The notes under the pieces were generated by a model. The model worked only from the letters and a program-made list of their open reading frames with translations. It did not search any database and was not told the DNA's origin. Position numbers and translations under genes: made by a program. Shown one piece after another: positions 63,879-64,000 of a DNA stretch of 64,000 nt. Source of the stretch: a virus. Positions within the stretch are counted from its first letter, which is position 1; every line of letters starts with the position of its first letter. Where the stretch lies: IMG/VR virus record IMGVR_UViG_3300049215_000686, positions 93,132 to 157,131 of that record. One strand, written 5' to 3'.

Positions 63879-64000
63879 TATCTTGGTTCGAATAGCTTGA
63901 CATATGGCAGGTTTGATTGAGACTGAACGAAATCCGCTACTTACCGCCGATTTTGTCCTATTTTAGGACAAGCATCTGCGTCATGCAATGCCTACTTGTC

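Noticed and set aside
63853-64000. tmRNA 3' end
   Set aside because: The acceptor strand lacks the Ala identity sequence (CTCCACCA) and the T-stem is broken.

Overview
A 64-kb internal segment of a large (jumbo-type) tailed phage genome, probably a myovirus. Replication and accessory genes run leftwards (DnaE open to the window edge, NAMPT plus NMNAT-Nudix, a sigma-70-like factor, primase, GroEL, glycosyltransferases, vWA and AAA proteins). A rightward accessory block, a leftward baseplate/tail-fibre block and a leftward tRNA cluster follow. The host is only weakly inferred (Gram-negative, possibly Bdellovibrionota or deltaproteobacterial, from DksA and the lipoproteins). Main observations: (1) The tRNA cluster is preceded by an unannotated leaderless 25-aa leader peptide with an antiterminator and terminator. 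Fifteen consecutive leader codons specify only Met/Arg/Ser/Val/Ile, the identities of the downstream tRNAs, which suggests an attenuator that switches on phage tRNAs when the matching host tRNAs are depleted. (2) Four covarying Y-RNA-like ncRNAs with permuted tRNA modules, their own promoter and a boxA-like site lie between a Ro60/TROVE-like vWA gene and genes for a Cys-containing protein, HNH, JAB and ThiF/E1. (3) Two bacterial-looking defence fragments are spliced mid-gene into the phage backbone, with the kinase and restriction enzyme truncated. (4) Two tail-fibre-like proteins carry signal peptides and share tip domains with signal-less neighbours. All calls come from reading motifs by eye; no searches were run.
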